Part shown: positions 1-10,700 of the stretch, piece after piece | Layout of the letters: each line of letters starts with the position of its first letter | Numbering within the stretch: the first letter of the stretch is position 1 | Assembly: GCA_963797555.1 (NCBI GenBank) | Contig: CAWCPV010000002.1 | Location: 205,561 to 269,560 of the forward strand | DNA from: an uncultured Gammaproteobacteria bacterium | Lineage (GTDB): Bacteria; Pseudomonadota; Gammaproteobacteria; CAWCPV01 | Length of the DNA stretch: 64,000 nt | Direction: 5' to 3' | Notes under the pieces: generated by a model | What the model saw: the letters and a program-made list of their open reading frames with translations, nothing else | What the model was told of the DNA's origin: nothing | Database searches by the model: none | Program-made: the position numbers and the translations under genes

Positions 1-149
1 ACCAGATGCACGACCTGCTGAGCGGCGCGCGCTATATCTGGCACGGGGCGCGGAATTACGTGGAGCTGGATCCCCAGAGCTATCCCGCGCACATCTTCCG
101 TCTGCGCCGCCGGGTGCGCACCGAGCGCGATTTCGAGTACTACCTCTGA
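1..149 (+). CDS. glgE: 3' end of alpha-1,4-glucan:maltose-1-phosphate maltosyltransferase (partial)
   Basis: Frame from nt 3 reads QMHDLLSGARYIWHGARNYVELDPQSYPAHIFRLRRRVRTERDFEYYL*, a typical GlgE C-terminus; lies directly upstream of treS. Confidence 0.8.
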   Translation, partial: QMHDLLSGARYIWHGARNYVELDPQSYPAHIFRLRRRVRTERDFEYYL

Positions 150-162
150 GGAGCTTGCCGAT

Positions 163-3100
163 ATGGGCCACCACACGACGGGCACCGCACTCGCGGACGA
201 CCCGCTCTGGTACAAGGACGCCATCATCTACGAGGTCCACGTCAAGGCGTTTTACGACAGCAACAACGACGGTATCGGCGACTTCCCGGGGCTGATCGAG
301 AGACTGGACTACCTCCAGGATCTCGGGGTCAATACCATCTGGCTGCTTCCCTTCTACCCGTCGCCGATGAAGGACGACGGCTACGATATCTCCGACTACC
401 GCAACATCCACCCCGACTACGGCACCCGCAAGGATTTCCGAACTTTCGTGCGGGAGGCGCACCGCAGGGGCCTGCGGGTGATCACCGAGCTGGTGGTGAA
501 CCACACCTCCGATCAGCACCCCTGGTTCCAGGCGGCGCGGCGGGCGCCCGCCGGCTCGGCGAAGCGCGACTACTATGTCTGGAGCGACACCGACAAGAGG
601 TTCCCCGAGACGCGTGTCATCTTCACCGACAGCGAGACCTCGAACTGGGCCTGGGACCCGATCGCGCGGGCTTACTACTGGCACCGTTTCTTCTCGCACC
701 AGCCGGACCTGAATTACGACAACCCGCAGGTGGTGAAGGCGGTGATCAGGCTCATGCGCTTTTGGCTGGACATTGGGGTGGACGGGGTGCGCCTGGACGC
801 CATCCCTTACTTGTGTGTGCAGGAGGGTACCACCAACGAGAACCTGCCCGCGACCCACGCAGTGATCAGGCAGATGCGCGCCGTCGTGGATGCCCACTAC
901 AAGAACCGCATGTTCCTCGCGGAGGCCAACCAGTGGCCCGAGGACGTGGCGGAGTATTTCGGCGACGGGGATGAGTGTCACATGGCCTACCACTTCCCGC
1001 TGATGCCGCGCATGTACATGGCGGTGGCCCAGGAGGACCGGCACCCCATGACCGAGATCATGCGCCAGACGCCGGATATTCCCAGCACCTGCCAGTGGGC
1101 CATCTTCCTGCGCAACCACGACGAGCTGACCCTGGAGATGGTGACCTCCCGGGAGCGGGACTACATGTACCAGCACTTCGCCAGCGACCCGCGGATGCGC
1201 CTGAACCTGGGGATAAGGCGGCGTCTGGCCCCCCTCATGGACAACGAACCAGACAAGATCAAGCTGGTGAACAGCCTGCTCATGTCCATGCCGGGATCAC
1301 CCATCATCTACTACGGCGACGAAGTTGGCATGGGGGACAACTTTTACCTGGGCGACCGCAACGGCGTGCGTACCCCGATGCAGTGGAGCCCGGACCGCAA
1401 TGCCGGCTTCTCCAAGACCGATCCGCAGCGCCTCTACCTGCCCCCTATCATGGATCCCGTCTACGGCTACCAGGCCGTCAATGTCGAGGCTCAGAGCCGG
1501 GACCGCGCCTCGCTGCTCAACTGGACCAAGAGGCTGGTGGCGGTGCGCAAGGCTCACAAGGCCTTCGGCCGAGGCACCCTGGAGTTCCTGCGCCCCGGCA
1601 ACCGTAGGGTGCTCGCCTATGTGCGGGAGTACGAAAACGAATCCATTCTGTGCGTCGCCAACCTGTCCCGCTCGGCTCAGCCGGTGGAGCTGGGGCTGTC
1701 GAAGTTCAGGGGACGGGTGCCGGTGGAGCTGATGGGGCGCACGACCTTCCCGCCGGTCGGTGACCTGCCCTATCTGCTGACACTTCCCGGCTACAGCTTC
1801 TACTGGTTCCACCTAGCCACCGACGCCGACGTGCCCTCCTGGCACGAGGAGCGCCTCGCTCCACTGGAGCTGCCGGTACTGGTACTGTTCAGCGGCTGGC
1901 GCAGCTTCTTCCCGGCGGACTTCGAGCACGCGCGGCGCGCGATGGCGGAGCGCCTGCGCGCCCAACTGGAGCTGGAAGTTCTGCCGGCCTTTCTCAAGGC
2001 GCAGCGCTGGTTCGCCGCCAAGGGCCAGACCATTGAAGAGATCGGTCTTGGCGCCCAGGCCGAGCTGGACGGCAAACGCGCAAACTGGCTGCTCGCTGAG
2101 ATACGGGTCCAGGCCACAGGGATCGCTCCGCAAACCTATTTCGTGCCCATGTCGCTGACCTGGGAGGGCGACGAGGATCGTATCCGTTCCCTGCTCTACT
2201 GCACTCTGGCCCGGGTACGCCAGCGGGCAGGTGTCGGTGTGCTGTGCGACGCATTCAGCGATGCGTCGTTCTGCCACGTGCTTGTCAAGGCCATGGGAGA
2301 GAGCCGGGAGATCCCCTTTGGGGATGGGCGGCTGAGGTTCTCCTCCACCGCCGCCTTCGCCGAGCTGGCCGGCGATCTGTCGGCGGAGCTGAGCGTGCGC
2401 CGGCCGGATGCCGAGGGCAGCAATACCACGCTGATCCTGGGCGAGCGGCTGTTCCTCAAGGGCTACCGGCGGCTGCAGGAAGGCGTCAACCCGGAGCTGG
2501 AGCTGGGACGCTTCCTGACCGAGGCCTCTCCATACCACCACATCGTCCCCGTCGCCGGCGCCCTGGAGCATCAAGGTGCCGACGGCAAGTCCGTCACGCT
2601 GGCATTGCTGCAGGGTTACTTGGAAAGCCAGGGCGACGGCTGGTCCTACACGCTCCACTATCTGGAGCGGTTCCTGGAGGCCAGCCTGGTGCGCCATCCG
2701 GAGCAAAGCAGCGAGGAGACGCAGTCCGAGCACGCGCCCTACCTGGTCATGATGCGCACCCTGGGCGTGCGCACCGGCGAGCTGCATCGCGCGCTCGCGG
2801 CCGCCACAGGCGACCCGGCCTTCGATCCGGAGCCGGTGCGCCCGGAAGACCTGGCCGCATGGACGGAGCGGGTGCGCAGTGATACTGTCCTCTCCCTGGG
2901 TGGCCTGGAGCGCCGGCTGCCCGACTTGCCGGCGCGCGTGCACTCGGTTGCCCACCGTCTGCTCGCGCTGCGCGATGACATCTTGCAGCGCATCGACGGT
3001 CTGCTGCCGGATGAGGTCGACGCCGTGAAGACGCGCCACCATGGCGACTATCACCTCGGGCAGGTGCTGGTGGTCCAGAACGACTTCGTGATCATCGACT

Positions 3101-3549
3101 TCGAAGGCGAGCCGGCACGGCCGCTGGAGGAGCGCCGCCGCAAGCACTCGCCGTTGCGCGATGTGGCCGGTATGCTGCGGTCCTTCGACTACGCAGCGTT
3201 TGCCGCCCTGCAGCGCCTGACTGCGGAACGGGAGGATTATCTGCCGGTGCTGGAGCCTCTGGCGCGCGGGTGGCGGCGCGCGGTCACCGGTGCCTTCCTG
3301 GCCGGCTACGTGGAGGGCGTGCAAGACTGTCTGTGCCGCCCGGCCGACGAGGCGCATACGCGTGCCCTCATCGACCTGTTCGTGCTGGAGAAGGCTCTGT
3401 ACGAGCTGCGCTACGAGCTGGATAACCGGCCCGATTGGATAGGTATCCCGGTCCACGGCGTCATGGGTGTGCTGGAGGAGCCGACGCCTCTGTTGGATGG
3501 GGCCACCCCGCTCTCGGCAACGCCCGCGCCCGAGTCTGGCGCGGCCTGA
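163..3549 (+). CDS. treS: Trehalose synthase fused to maltokinase (TreS-Pep2/Mak)
   Basis: 1128 aa. N-terminal GH13 TreS (WYKDAIIYE, RLDAIPYL, FLRNHDELTLEMV) plus C-terminal kinase-like domain (RHHGDYHLGQVL, IIDFEGEP, DVAGMLRSFDY). Confidence 0.95.
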   Translation: MGHHTTGTALADDPLWYKDAIIYEVHVKAFYDSNNDGIGDFPGLIERLDYLQDLGVNTIWLLPFYPSPMKDDGYDISDYRNIHPDYGTRKDFRTFVREAHRRGLRVITELVVNHTSDQHPWFQAARRAPAGSAKRDYYVWSDTDKRFPETRVIFTDSETSNWAWDPIARAYYWHRFFSHQPDLNYDNPQVVKAVIRLMRFWLDIGVDGVRLDAIPYLCVQEGTTNENLPATHAVIRQMRAVVDAHYKNRMFLAEANQWPEDVAEYFGDGDECHMAYHFPLMPRMYMAVAQEDRHPMTEIMRQTPDIPSTCQWAIFLRNHDELTLEMVTSRERDYMYQHFASDPRMRLNLGIRRRLAPLMDNEPDKIKLVNSLLMSMPGSPIIYYGDEVGMGDNFYLGDRNGVRTPMQWSPDRNAGFSKTDPQRLYLPPIMDPVYGYQAVNVEAQSRDRASLLNWTKRLVAVRKAHKAFGRGTLEFLRPGNRRVLAYVREYENESILCVANLSRSAQPVELGLSKFRGRVPVELMGRTTFPPVGDLPYLLTLPGYSFYWFHLATDADVPSWHEERLAPLELPVLVLFSGWRSFFPADFEHARRAMAERLRAQLELEVLPAFLKAQRWFAAKGQTIEEIGLGAQAELDGKRANWLLAEIRVQATGIAPQTYFVPMSLTWEGDEDRIRSLLYCTLARVRQRAGVGVLCDAFSDASFCHVLVKAMGESREIPFGDGRLRFSSTAAFAELAGDLSAELSVRRPDAEGSNTTLILGERLFLKGYRRLQEGVNPELELGRFLTEASPYHHIVPVAGALEHQGADGKSVTLALLQGYLESQGDGWSYTLHYLERFLEASLVRHPEQSSEETQSEHAPYLVMMRTLGVRTGELHRALAAATGDPAFDPEPVRPEDLAAWTERVRSDTVLSLGGLERRLPDLPARVHSVAHRLLALRDDILQRIDGLLPDEVDAVKTRHHGDYHLGQVLVVQNDFVIIDFEGEPARPLEERRRKHSPLRDVAGMLRSFDYAAFAALQRLTAEREDYLPVLEPLARGWRRAVTGAFLAGYVEGVQDCLCRPADEAHTRALIDLFVLEKALYELRYELDNRPDWIGIPVHGVMGVLEEPTPLLDGATPLSATPAPESGAA

Positions 3550-3674
3550 TGTCCCATGCACCAGCACCACGCATGCCGCCGGCCGCTCCTGCAGCGAGCC
3601 GCTGACCTGGACCAGCGGGCGTCAGCCTACCTCGCCACGGTGCGCGGCATCGACTTCGAGGTCATCCCGCGGCC

Positions 3675-5837
3675 ATGAGCCGACAGTGCGTACCGGTCTG
3701 GCCCGGTCACCCCTACCCCTTGGGTGCAACGTGGGACGGCGAAGGCGTGAACTTCGCCCTGTTCTCGGAGCATGCCGAGAAAGTCGAGTTGTGCCTGCTC
3801 GACCCCAAGAGCCGCCGCGAGGTGGAGCGCATCCCGGTGACGGAACGGACCGACCAGGTCTGGCACTGCTATCTGCCGGAGGCCCGGCCAGGTCTCCTCT
3901 ATGGATACCGCGTCTACGGACCTTACAAGCCCGAGGAGGGTCACCGCTACAACCCCCACAAGCTATTGCTCGATCCCTATGCCAAGGCCATCCATGGGAC
4001 TCTGCGCTGGAGTGATGCCCACTTCGGTTACCGGGTGGGGGGCCGGCGGGAGGACCTCTCCTTCGACCCTCGCGACAATGCCGCCGGAATGCCGAAATGC
4101 ATGGTGATCGACCCGGCCTTCACCTGGGGAGACGATCGTCCGCCGCGCCACTCCTGGCACGACACCATCATCTACGAGCTGCACGTCAAGGGCTTTACGA
4201 CGCTGCACCCGCAGGTCCCCCCGCACCTGCGCGGCACCTTTGCCGGCATCGCCTCGGCACCGGTCATCGAGCACCTGCAGCGGCTCGGGGTGACGGCGGT
4301 GGAGCTGATGCCGGTCCACGCCTTCATCGACGACCGCCACTTGGTGGCCCGCGGGCTGCGCAACTACTGGGGATACAATTCCATCGGCTACTTCGCGCCG
4401 GAGAACCGCTATTCGGCCACGGGGTTGGTGAGCGAGTTCAAGACCATGGTCAAGCGCCTCCACTCGGCAGGGGTGGAGGTCATCTTGGACGTGGTGTACA
4501 ACCACACGGCCGAGGGCAACCACCTGGGACCTACGCTGTCGTTTCGCGGCATCGACAACAGCGCTTACTATCGACCGAACGCCGATAGCCCCCGTTACTA
4601 CCAGGATTACACCGGCTGCGGCAACACCTTGAACATGATGCACCCGCGGGTGCTGCAGCTCATCATGGACAGCCTGCGCTACTGGGTGTTGGAGATGCAC
4701 GTGGACGGCTTTCGTTTCGACCTGGCCTCCGCGCTGGCGCGGGAGCTGCATGCGGTCGACCGCCTCGGCGCGTTTTTCGACATCATTCACCAGGACCCGG
4801 TCATCTCTCAGGTGAAGCTCATTGCCGAGCCCTGGGACTTGGGAGAGGGCGGCTATCAGGTCGGGAACTTCCCGGTAGGTTGGACGGAGTGGAACGCCAA
4901 GTATCGGGATACCGTGCGCGCCTACTGGCGCGGCGACGAAGGGCAGCTCGGGGAGCTGGCGTCTCGCTTGACCGGGTCGAGCGACCTTTACGGGAGCAAC
5001 GGGCGCAGTCCACATGCCAGCATCAACTTCGTCACCTCCCATGACGGATTTACGCTCCAGGACTTGGTGAGCTACAACGACAAGCACAACGAGGCGAACG
5101 CAGAGGACAACCGGGACGGCGAGCGCCACAACCTGAGCTGGAATTGCGGTGTGGAGGGGCCTTCGCCTGACGCCGCTATCCGTGCGCTGCGCGCCCGGCA
5201 GAAGCGCAATTTCATCGCTACGCTGCTGCTGTCCCAGGGCGTCCCGATGCTGGTCGGCGGCGACGAGTTTGGCAGAACCCAACATGGCAACAACAATGCG
5301 TACTGCCAGGATAACGAGATGAGTTGGGTCCGCTGGGACCTGAGTCCGGAGGACCAGGATTTCTTGGCCTTTGTCCAGTATCTGGCGGGTGTGCGTAAGG
5401 CCCACCCGATGTTCCGCCGGCGACGCTTCTTTCAGGGGCGGCCGATGGAAGGCACGGGGTACAAGGACGTCACCTGGTTCAGCCCCGAGGGCCGGGAGAT
5501 GACCGAGCAAGACTGGCATCAACCGTTCGCGCGCTGCCTGGGCCTGGCTCTGGCCGGCAAGGCGGCGGACGAGGTTGACGCGCACGGCCGGCCCATGGTG
5601 GACGACAACTTCCTGGTCCTGCTCAACGCCCACCATGAAGCCATGGCGTTCGTGCTGCCGCCGTGCTCCGTGGACGCGCGCTGGGAGGTGCTGGTGGACA
5701 CCAGCCGCAGCGCGGACCTCGACGTCCACGGCCACTTCGGCGCCAAGGAATCATACTCGTTGAAGCCGCGCAGCATGGCGCTGCTCATCGAGCGGCATAC
5801 TGCGCAGGCGGCGGGGCCACCGCCGGAGGAGCCGTGA
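3675..5837 (+). CDS. glgX: Glycogen debranching enzyme (isoamylase)
   Basis: 720 aa; PYPLGATWDGEGVNFALFSE, NYWGYN, DGFRFDLA, IAEPWD, HDGFTL motifs. Confidence 0.95.
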   Translation: MSRQCVPVWPGHPYPLGATWDGEGVNFALFSEHAEKVELCLLDPKSRREVERIPVTERTDQVWHCYLPEARPGLLYGYRVYGPYKPEEGHRYNPHKLLLDPYAKAIHGTLRWSDAHFGYRVGGRREDLSFDPRDNAAGMPKCMVIDPAFTWGDDRPPRHSWHDTIIYELHVKGFTTLHPQVPPHLRGTFAGIASAPVIEHLQRLGVTAVELMPVHAFIDDRHLVARGLRNYWGYNSIGYFAPENRYSATGLVSEFKTMVKRLHSAGVEVILDVVYNHTAEGNHLGPTLSFRGIDNSAYYRPNADSPRYYQDYTGCGNTLNMMHPRVLQLIMDSLRYWVLEMHVDGFRFDLASALARELHAVDRLGAFFDIIHQDPVISQVKLIAEPWDLGEGGYQVGNFPVGWTEWNAKYRDTVRAYWRGDEGQLGELASRLTGSSDLYGSNGRSPHASINFVTSHDGFTLQDLVSYNDKHNEANAEDNRDGERHNLSWNCGVEGPSPDAAIRALRARQKRNFIATLLLSQGVPMLVGGDEFGRTQHGNNNAYCQDNEMSWVRWDLSPEDQDFLAFVQYLAGVRKAHPMFRRRRFFQGRPMEGTGYKDVTWFSPEGREMTEQDWHQPFARCLGLALAGKAADEVDAHGRPMVDDNFLVLLNAHHEAMAFVLPPCSVDARWEVLVDTSRSADLDVHGHFGAKESYSLKPRSMALLIERHTAQAAGPPPEEP

Positions 5838-7717
5838 AGCGCAGCCACGCCATGCCCTTCGGGGCGGCCCCGTTAGCCGGAGGGGGTGTGCGCTTCCGGC
5901 TGTGGGCACCCGCCCAGAGAGCAGTACAGCTCTGCCTGGAGGGACCGGGGGGCGACGTCATCCTTCCCATGCAGACGGGGCCCGGTGGCTGGTTCGAGCT
6001 CGTCAGCGACAGCGCGCATGCGGGCAGCCGCTATCGTTTCCTGCTGGACGGTGGCATGCGCGTCCCCGACCCCGCCTCGCGCTTCCAGCCCGAGGACGTG
6101 CACGGTCCCAGCGAGGTGATCGACCCGCGAGCCTGGGAATGGAGCGACGGCGGTTGGCACGGACGCCCTTGGGAGGAGTCGGTCATCTATGAGCTGCACG
6201 TAGGCGCCTTCACGCCGCTAGGCACCTTCGCCGCTGTCGAGGGTCACTTGGACTATCTGAAGGATCTCGGCATCACCGCGGTCGAGCTGATGCCGGTGGC
6301 GGACTTCCCTGGGCGGCGGAACTGGGGGTACGACGGCGTCCTGCCGTTCGCCCCGGACAGTTGTTACGGGCGTCCCGAGAGCCTCAAGGCCCTGGTCCAG
6401 GCGGCCCACGCCCGGGGGCTCATGGTCCTTCTGGACGTCGTCTACAATCACTTCGGGCCCGAGGGCAATTACCTGCACCTTTACGCCCCCCCGTTCTTCA
6501 CCGAGCGCCACCACACCCCGTGGGGGGCAGCCGTCAACTTCGATGGCGAGGGCAGCCGCCAAGTCCGCGACTTCTTCATACACAATGCCTTGTACTGGCT
6601 GGAAGAGTACCACTTCGATGGCCTGCGCCTCGACGCAGTCCACGCCATCGTCGATGACTCCGTGCCAGACATCCTGGAGGAGTTGGCGGACGCGGTTCAC
6701 ACCGGACCGGGGGCGCAGCGGCACGTGCACCTCGTGCTGGAAAACGATCACAATGCCGCCCATTACCTACGGCGGGAGAGCGACGGCCGGCCGCGCTGGT
6801 ACTCCGCCCAGTGGAACGACGACATCCACCATGCCGCCCACGTGCTCGCGACCGGCGAGACCGGCGGGTACTACCGGGATTATGGCGACGATCCAGTCCG
6901 GCACCTCGGTCGTTGCCTGACCGAGGGCTTCGCGTATCAGGGCGAGCCGTCTTCCTATCGGCGCGGCGCGCCCCGCGGGGAGCCCAGCCGCTATCTGCCG
7001 CCGACGGCATTCGTGGCATTTCTGCAGAATCACGACCAGGTCGGCAACCGGGCATTTGGGGAGCGCATCACCCGGCTAACGTCCCCGGAGGCCCTGCGGG
7101 CACTGTCCGCCATCATGCTCCTCGCCCCCTCGCCCCCGTTGCTGTTCATGGGCCAGGAGTTCGGTGCGGTTCAACCGTTTCCGTTCTTCTGCAATCTCGG
7201 TCCGGATCTGGCAACTGCGGTGAGCGAAGGGCGGCGCAATGAGTTTGCCCGATTTCCTGAGTTCAGCGACCCCGAGGTCCGCGCACGCATCCCGGATGCG
7301 GGCGCCGAGAGTACATTCGCCGCGGCCGTCCTGGACTGGAGCAGTCTGCATCGCCCACCCCACAGCGACTGGGTTGCCCTGCACCGCGAACTGCTGGCGC
7401 TTCGGCGCGCCCAAATCGTGCCCCGGGTAGCCCGGACCGGACGAGCACCCGAGACCGGCTACCGTACGTTCGGCGGGCGCGGCTTGGTGGCGCACTGGGT
7501 GCTGTCCGAGGGAGAGCGCCTGGTGCTCGTCGCCAACCTCGGAGACTCAGCCATCACTGCCACCGGCGCGTCGGTGGGGGTGCTTCTATACGGTACCCAC
7601 CCCGATCTCTTTGATTGGCTGGGGCAAGGCCGGCTGCCCGCCTGGTGCGCGGCTTGGCACCTCGAGAGGAGCGGCTCCGCGCCTGAGGGGACCCTCCCGG
7701 CAGCCAAATTCCGGTGA
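5834..7717 (+). CDS. treZ: Malto-oligosyltrehalose trehalohydrolase
   Basis: GTG at 5834 after a GGAGGA RBS, overlapping the glgX stop; FRLWAP, PDPASRFQP, RNWGYDGV, LRLDAVHAI, QNHDQVGNR motifs. Confidence 0.92.
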   Translation: MKRSHAMPFGAAPLAGGGVRFRLWAPAQRAVQLCLEGPGGDVILPMQTGPGGWFELVSDSAHAGSRYRFLLDGGMRVPDPASRFQPEDVHGPSEVIDPRAWEWSDGGWHGRPWEESVIYELHVGAFTPLGTFAAVEGHLDYLKDLGITAVELMPVADFPGRRNWGYDGVLPFAPDSCYGRPESLKALVQAAHARGLMVLLDVVYNHFGPEGNYLHLYAPPFFTERHHTPWGAAVNFDGEGSRQVRDFFIHNALYWLEEYHFDGLRLDAVHAIVDDSVPDILEELADAVHTGPGAQRHVHLVLENDHNAAHYLRRESDGRPRWYSAQWNDDIHHAAHVLATGETGGYYRDYGDDPVRHLGRCLTEGFAYQGEPSSYRRGAPRGEPSRYLPPTAFVAFLQNHDQVGNRAFGERITRLTSPEALRALSAIMLLAPSPPLLFMGQEFGAVQPFPFFCNLGPDLATAVSEGRRNEFARFPEFSDPEVRARIPDAGAESTFAAAVLDWSSLHRPPHSDWVALHRELLALRRAQIVPRVARTGRAPETGYRTFGGRGLVAHWVLSEGERLVLVANLGDSAITATGASVGVLLYGTHPDLFDWLGQGRLPAWCAAWHLERSGSAPEGTLPAAKFR

Positions 7718-10700
7718 GCGCCCACGAGCGGCTGCTCCGGCTCGCTGGGCTCTGCGGCATCGAGGCGGAGTATCAGGATGTCTGGGGTGAAACACGGCGC
7801 GTCCCCAAAGCCACCCTGCGCGCCTTGCTCAAGGCGATGGGCATCGCTGTCGCCACCGATGCCGCGGTCGGAGCCGCGCTGGCCGAGAGGGAGGGCCGGG
7901 CACGCTGCCGCCTCACGCCCGCGGTCGTCGTGGCTCGGGAGCGGCAGCCCGAGCTGTGGGTGCCGGTGTGCCTGCCCAAGGCCGCTGCCGGCCAGGCGTT
8001 CCGGTGCACGCTGCGGGAGGAGGGGGGACGGGAGCATGCGTTCAGCTTCTGCGGCGCCGGCCTCCCCGCGGAAGAGGAGTACGAGGTGGGCGGCAATCCC
8101 TATGTACGCTACCGCCTGTCGCTTCCCATACGCCCCCCGCTCGGGTATCACCGCCTGGAGGTGCGCGCCGAAGGCGGCGACCGCAGCGCCATCACGCAGT
8201 TCGTCTTGACTCCTGAGACATGCTACTTGCCCGAAGCGGTGCGGGCGGACAAGCGGGTCTGGGGCCCTGCTATCCAGCTCTATGCCCTGCGCTCTCGCCG
8301 CAACTGGGGCGTGGGGGATTTCGGAGACGTTCATAGCCTGGTGGACTGCTGTGTCGGGATGGGGGCGGATATCGTGGGCTTGAGCCCGCTGCACGCGCTA
8401 TTTCCACACAACCCGTCCCATGCCAGCCCTTACGGCCCCTCCAGCCGCCTGTTTTTGAACGTCCTGTACCTGGATGTGGAAGCCGTCCCCGAATTCGCCG
8501 AATGCGATGCCGCTGCCCAGCTAGTGCGCTCGCGGGAGTTCCAACAGCACCTGCAAGTCTTGCGCAACCAAGAGCTGGTGGATTGGCCCGGCGTCGCGGC
8601 GGCCAAGCTGCGCGTCCTGGAGATCCTGTACCGCTGTTTCCGGGACCGGCAACTGTCGGCAGATTTGCCCCGCGGACGCACCTTCCGCGCCTACCAGGCT
8701 GAGGGTGGCACGCCCCTCCACCAGCACGCTGTTTTCGATGCGCTGCAGGAGCATCTGCACCGGGACGACCCCCGCATCTGGGGCTGGCCGGCATGGCCCG
8801 AGGAATTTCGGGACCCGGGAGCCCCAGCCGTGAGCCAGTTCGCCGCCATCCATTGCGAGCGGGTCGAATTCTACCAGTATCTGCAATGGCTCGTGGACGG
8901 CCAATTGGCGGCCGTGGGCGGCCGCTCGATGGAGCACGGCCTGGGCGTCGGCCTTTACTTCGATCTCGCTCTCAGCGTGGACCCCGGCGGGTCCGAAGCC
9001 TGGTCGCACCAGGGGCTGTATGCGCCGGACGTGACCATCGGGGCGCCCCCCGACGGGTTCAACCTCAACGGTCAGAATTGGGGCTTGCTGGCACCGACCC
9101 CCGAACGCCTCGTCGAGTCGGCCTATCAGCCGTTCATCCGCATCCTACGGCGCAACATGCGACAAGCGGGGGCGATACGGCTCGACCACGTCATGAGCCT
9201 GATGCGGCTCTTTTGGATTCCGGCAGGCGCGAGTCCGGCCGATGGTGCCTACGTGCGCTATCCGTTGCGGGACCTGCTCGGGATCCTGGCCTTGGAGAGC
9301 CAGCGTAGTCGCTGTCTGGTGGTAGGCGAAGACCTGGGCACGGTGCCCGACACGCTCCGCGAGACCCTCGCCGCGGCAGGAGTGCTCTCTTGCCGCGTTC
9401 TTTACTTCGAGAAAAACCCTTCAGGCCGGTACAAGCCGCCCGGAGACTATCCTCCCGAGGCGCTGGTCGCCGTCACGACCCACGACCTTCCCACGTTGGC
9501 GGGGTTCTGGCAGGGACGTGACTTGGCGATACGGCGCGAGCTGGGTCTATTCCCCACCGAGGAGGTGCGTGAGCAGCAGATCCTGTCCAGGGCGACGGAT
9601 CGTGCGGCGTTGTTGCTGGCCCTGGAGCGGGAGGGGCTGCTGCCGGATGGGATGAGTGCCGACCCGGCGTCGCTGCCGGAGATGACGCCGGCCCTTGTGC
9701 GCGCGGTACATCTCTTCATCGCGCGCAGCCCCGCGAAAATCCTCACGGTCCAGTTGGAAAACGTCCTCGGACAGGCGCGTCAGGCGAACCTGCCGGGCAC
9801 CAGCGATGAGTACCCAAACTGGCGCGGCAAGCTCGACATCTATCTCGAGGACCTGTTGACCGACCTCCGGGTGCGTAAGCTCAGCGACGACCTCAGGAGT
9901 GTCCGTGGAACAGTTCGTGCGGCTGCGGTGGCTCCCGCTGGACCGACGGCGCCGCTCCCCGCCCGCATCCCGCGCGCCACCTACCGGCTACAGTTCAATT
10001 GGGCGTTCACCTTCGGGCACGCGGCGGACCTCGTGCCGTACCTGGAGGCGCTCGGAATCAGTCACTGCTATGCGTCCCCTTATCTGCGTGCCCGCCCGGG
10101 CAGCCCCCACGGTTACGATATCATCGACCACACCTCTCTGAACCCCGAGATCGGCAGCACCGAGGACTACACGCTTTTCGTGAGCACCCTGCACCGGTGT
10201 GGCATGGGGCAGATTCTGGATGTGGTGCCGAACCATATGGGCGTCGGAGGCAGTGACAACGCCTGGTGGCTGGGAGTCCTGGAGAACGGTCCCGCGTCCG
10301 TTTACGCACAGTTCTTCGACATCGACTGGGAGGCAGCCAAGCCGGAGTTGCGGGGCAAGGTCCTGCTGCCGACGCTCGGTGATCACTACGGAGCAGTTAT
10401 CGAAAAGGGCGAACTGCAGCTACGCTTCGACGCCACGCGCGGCGAGCTCAGCGTGTTCTACTACGAGCATCGTTTTCCCATCGACCCCGTGACCTATCCC
10501 CAGGTCCTGGGTCACCGCATCGAGCGATTGGTTCTGGCCCTCGGGCCAGAAAGCCCCCCGCTATTGGAGTTCCAGAGCCTGGTGACGGCCTTCGAGCAGT
10601 TGCCGCCACGACGCGACACCCGTCCGCAGAGGGTCATGGAGCGGGACCGCGATAAAGAGATCCGTAAACAACATCTGGTCAGACTTTGCGACGCCAGTTC

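Noticed and set aside
1813-5735. Long minus-strand ORFs (585 and 590 aa) opposite treS and glgX
   Set aside because: Antisense shadow ORFs typical of high-GC coding DNA; no motifs.
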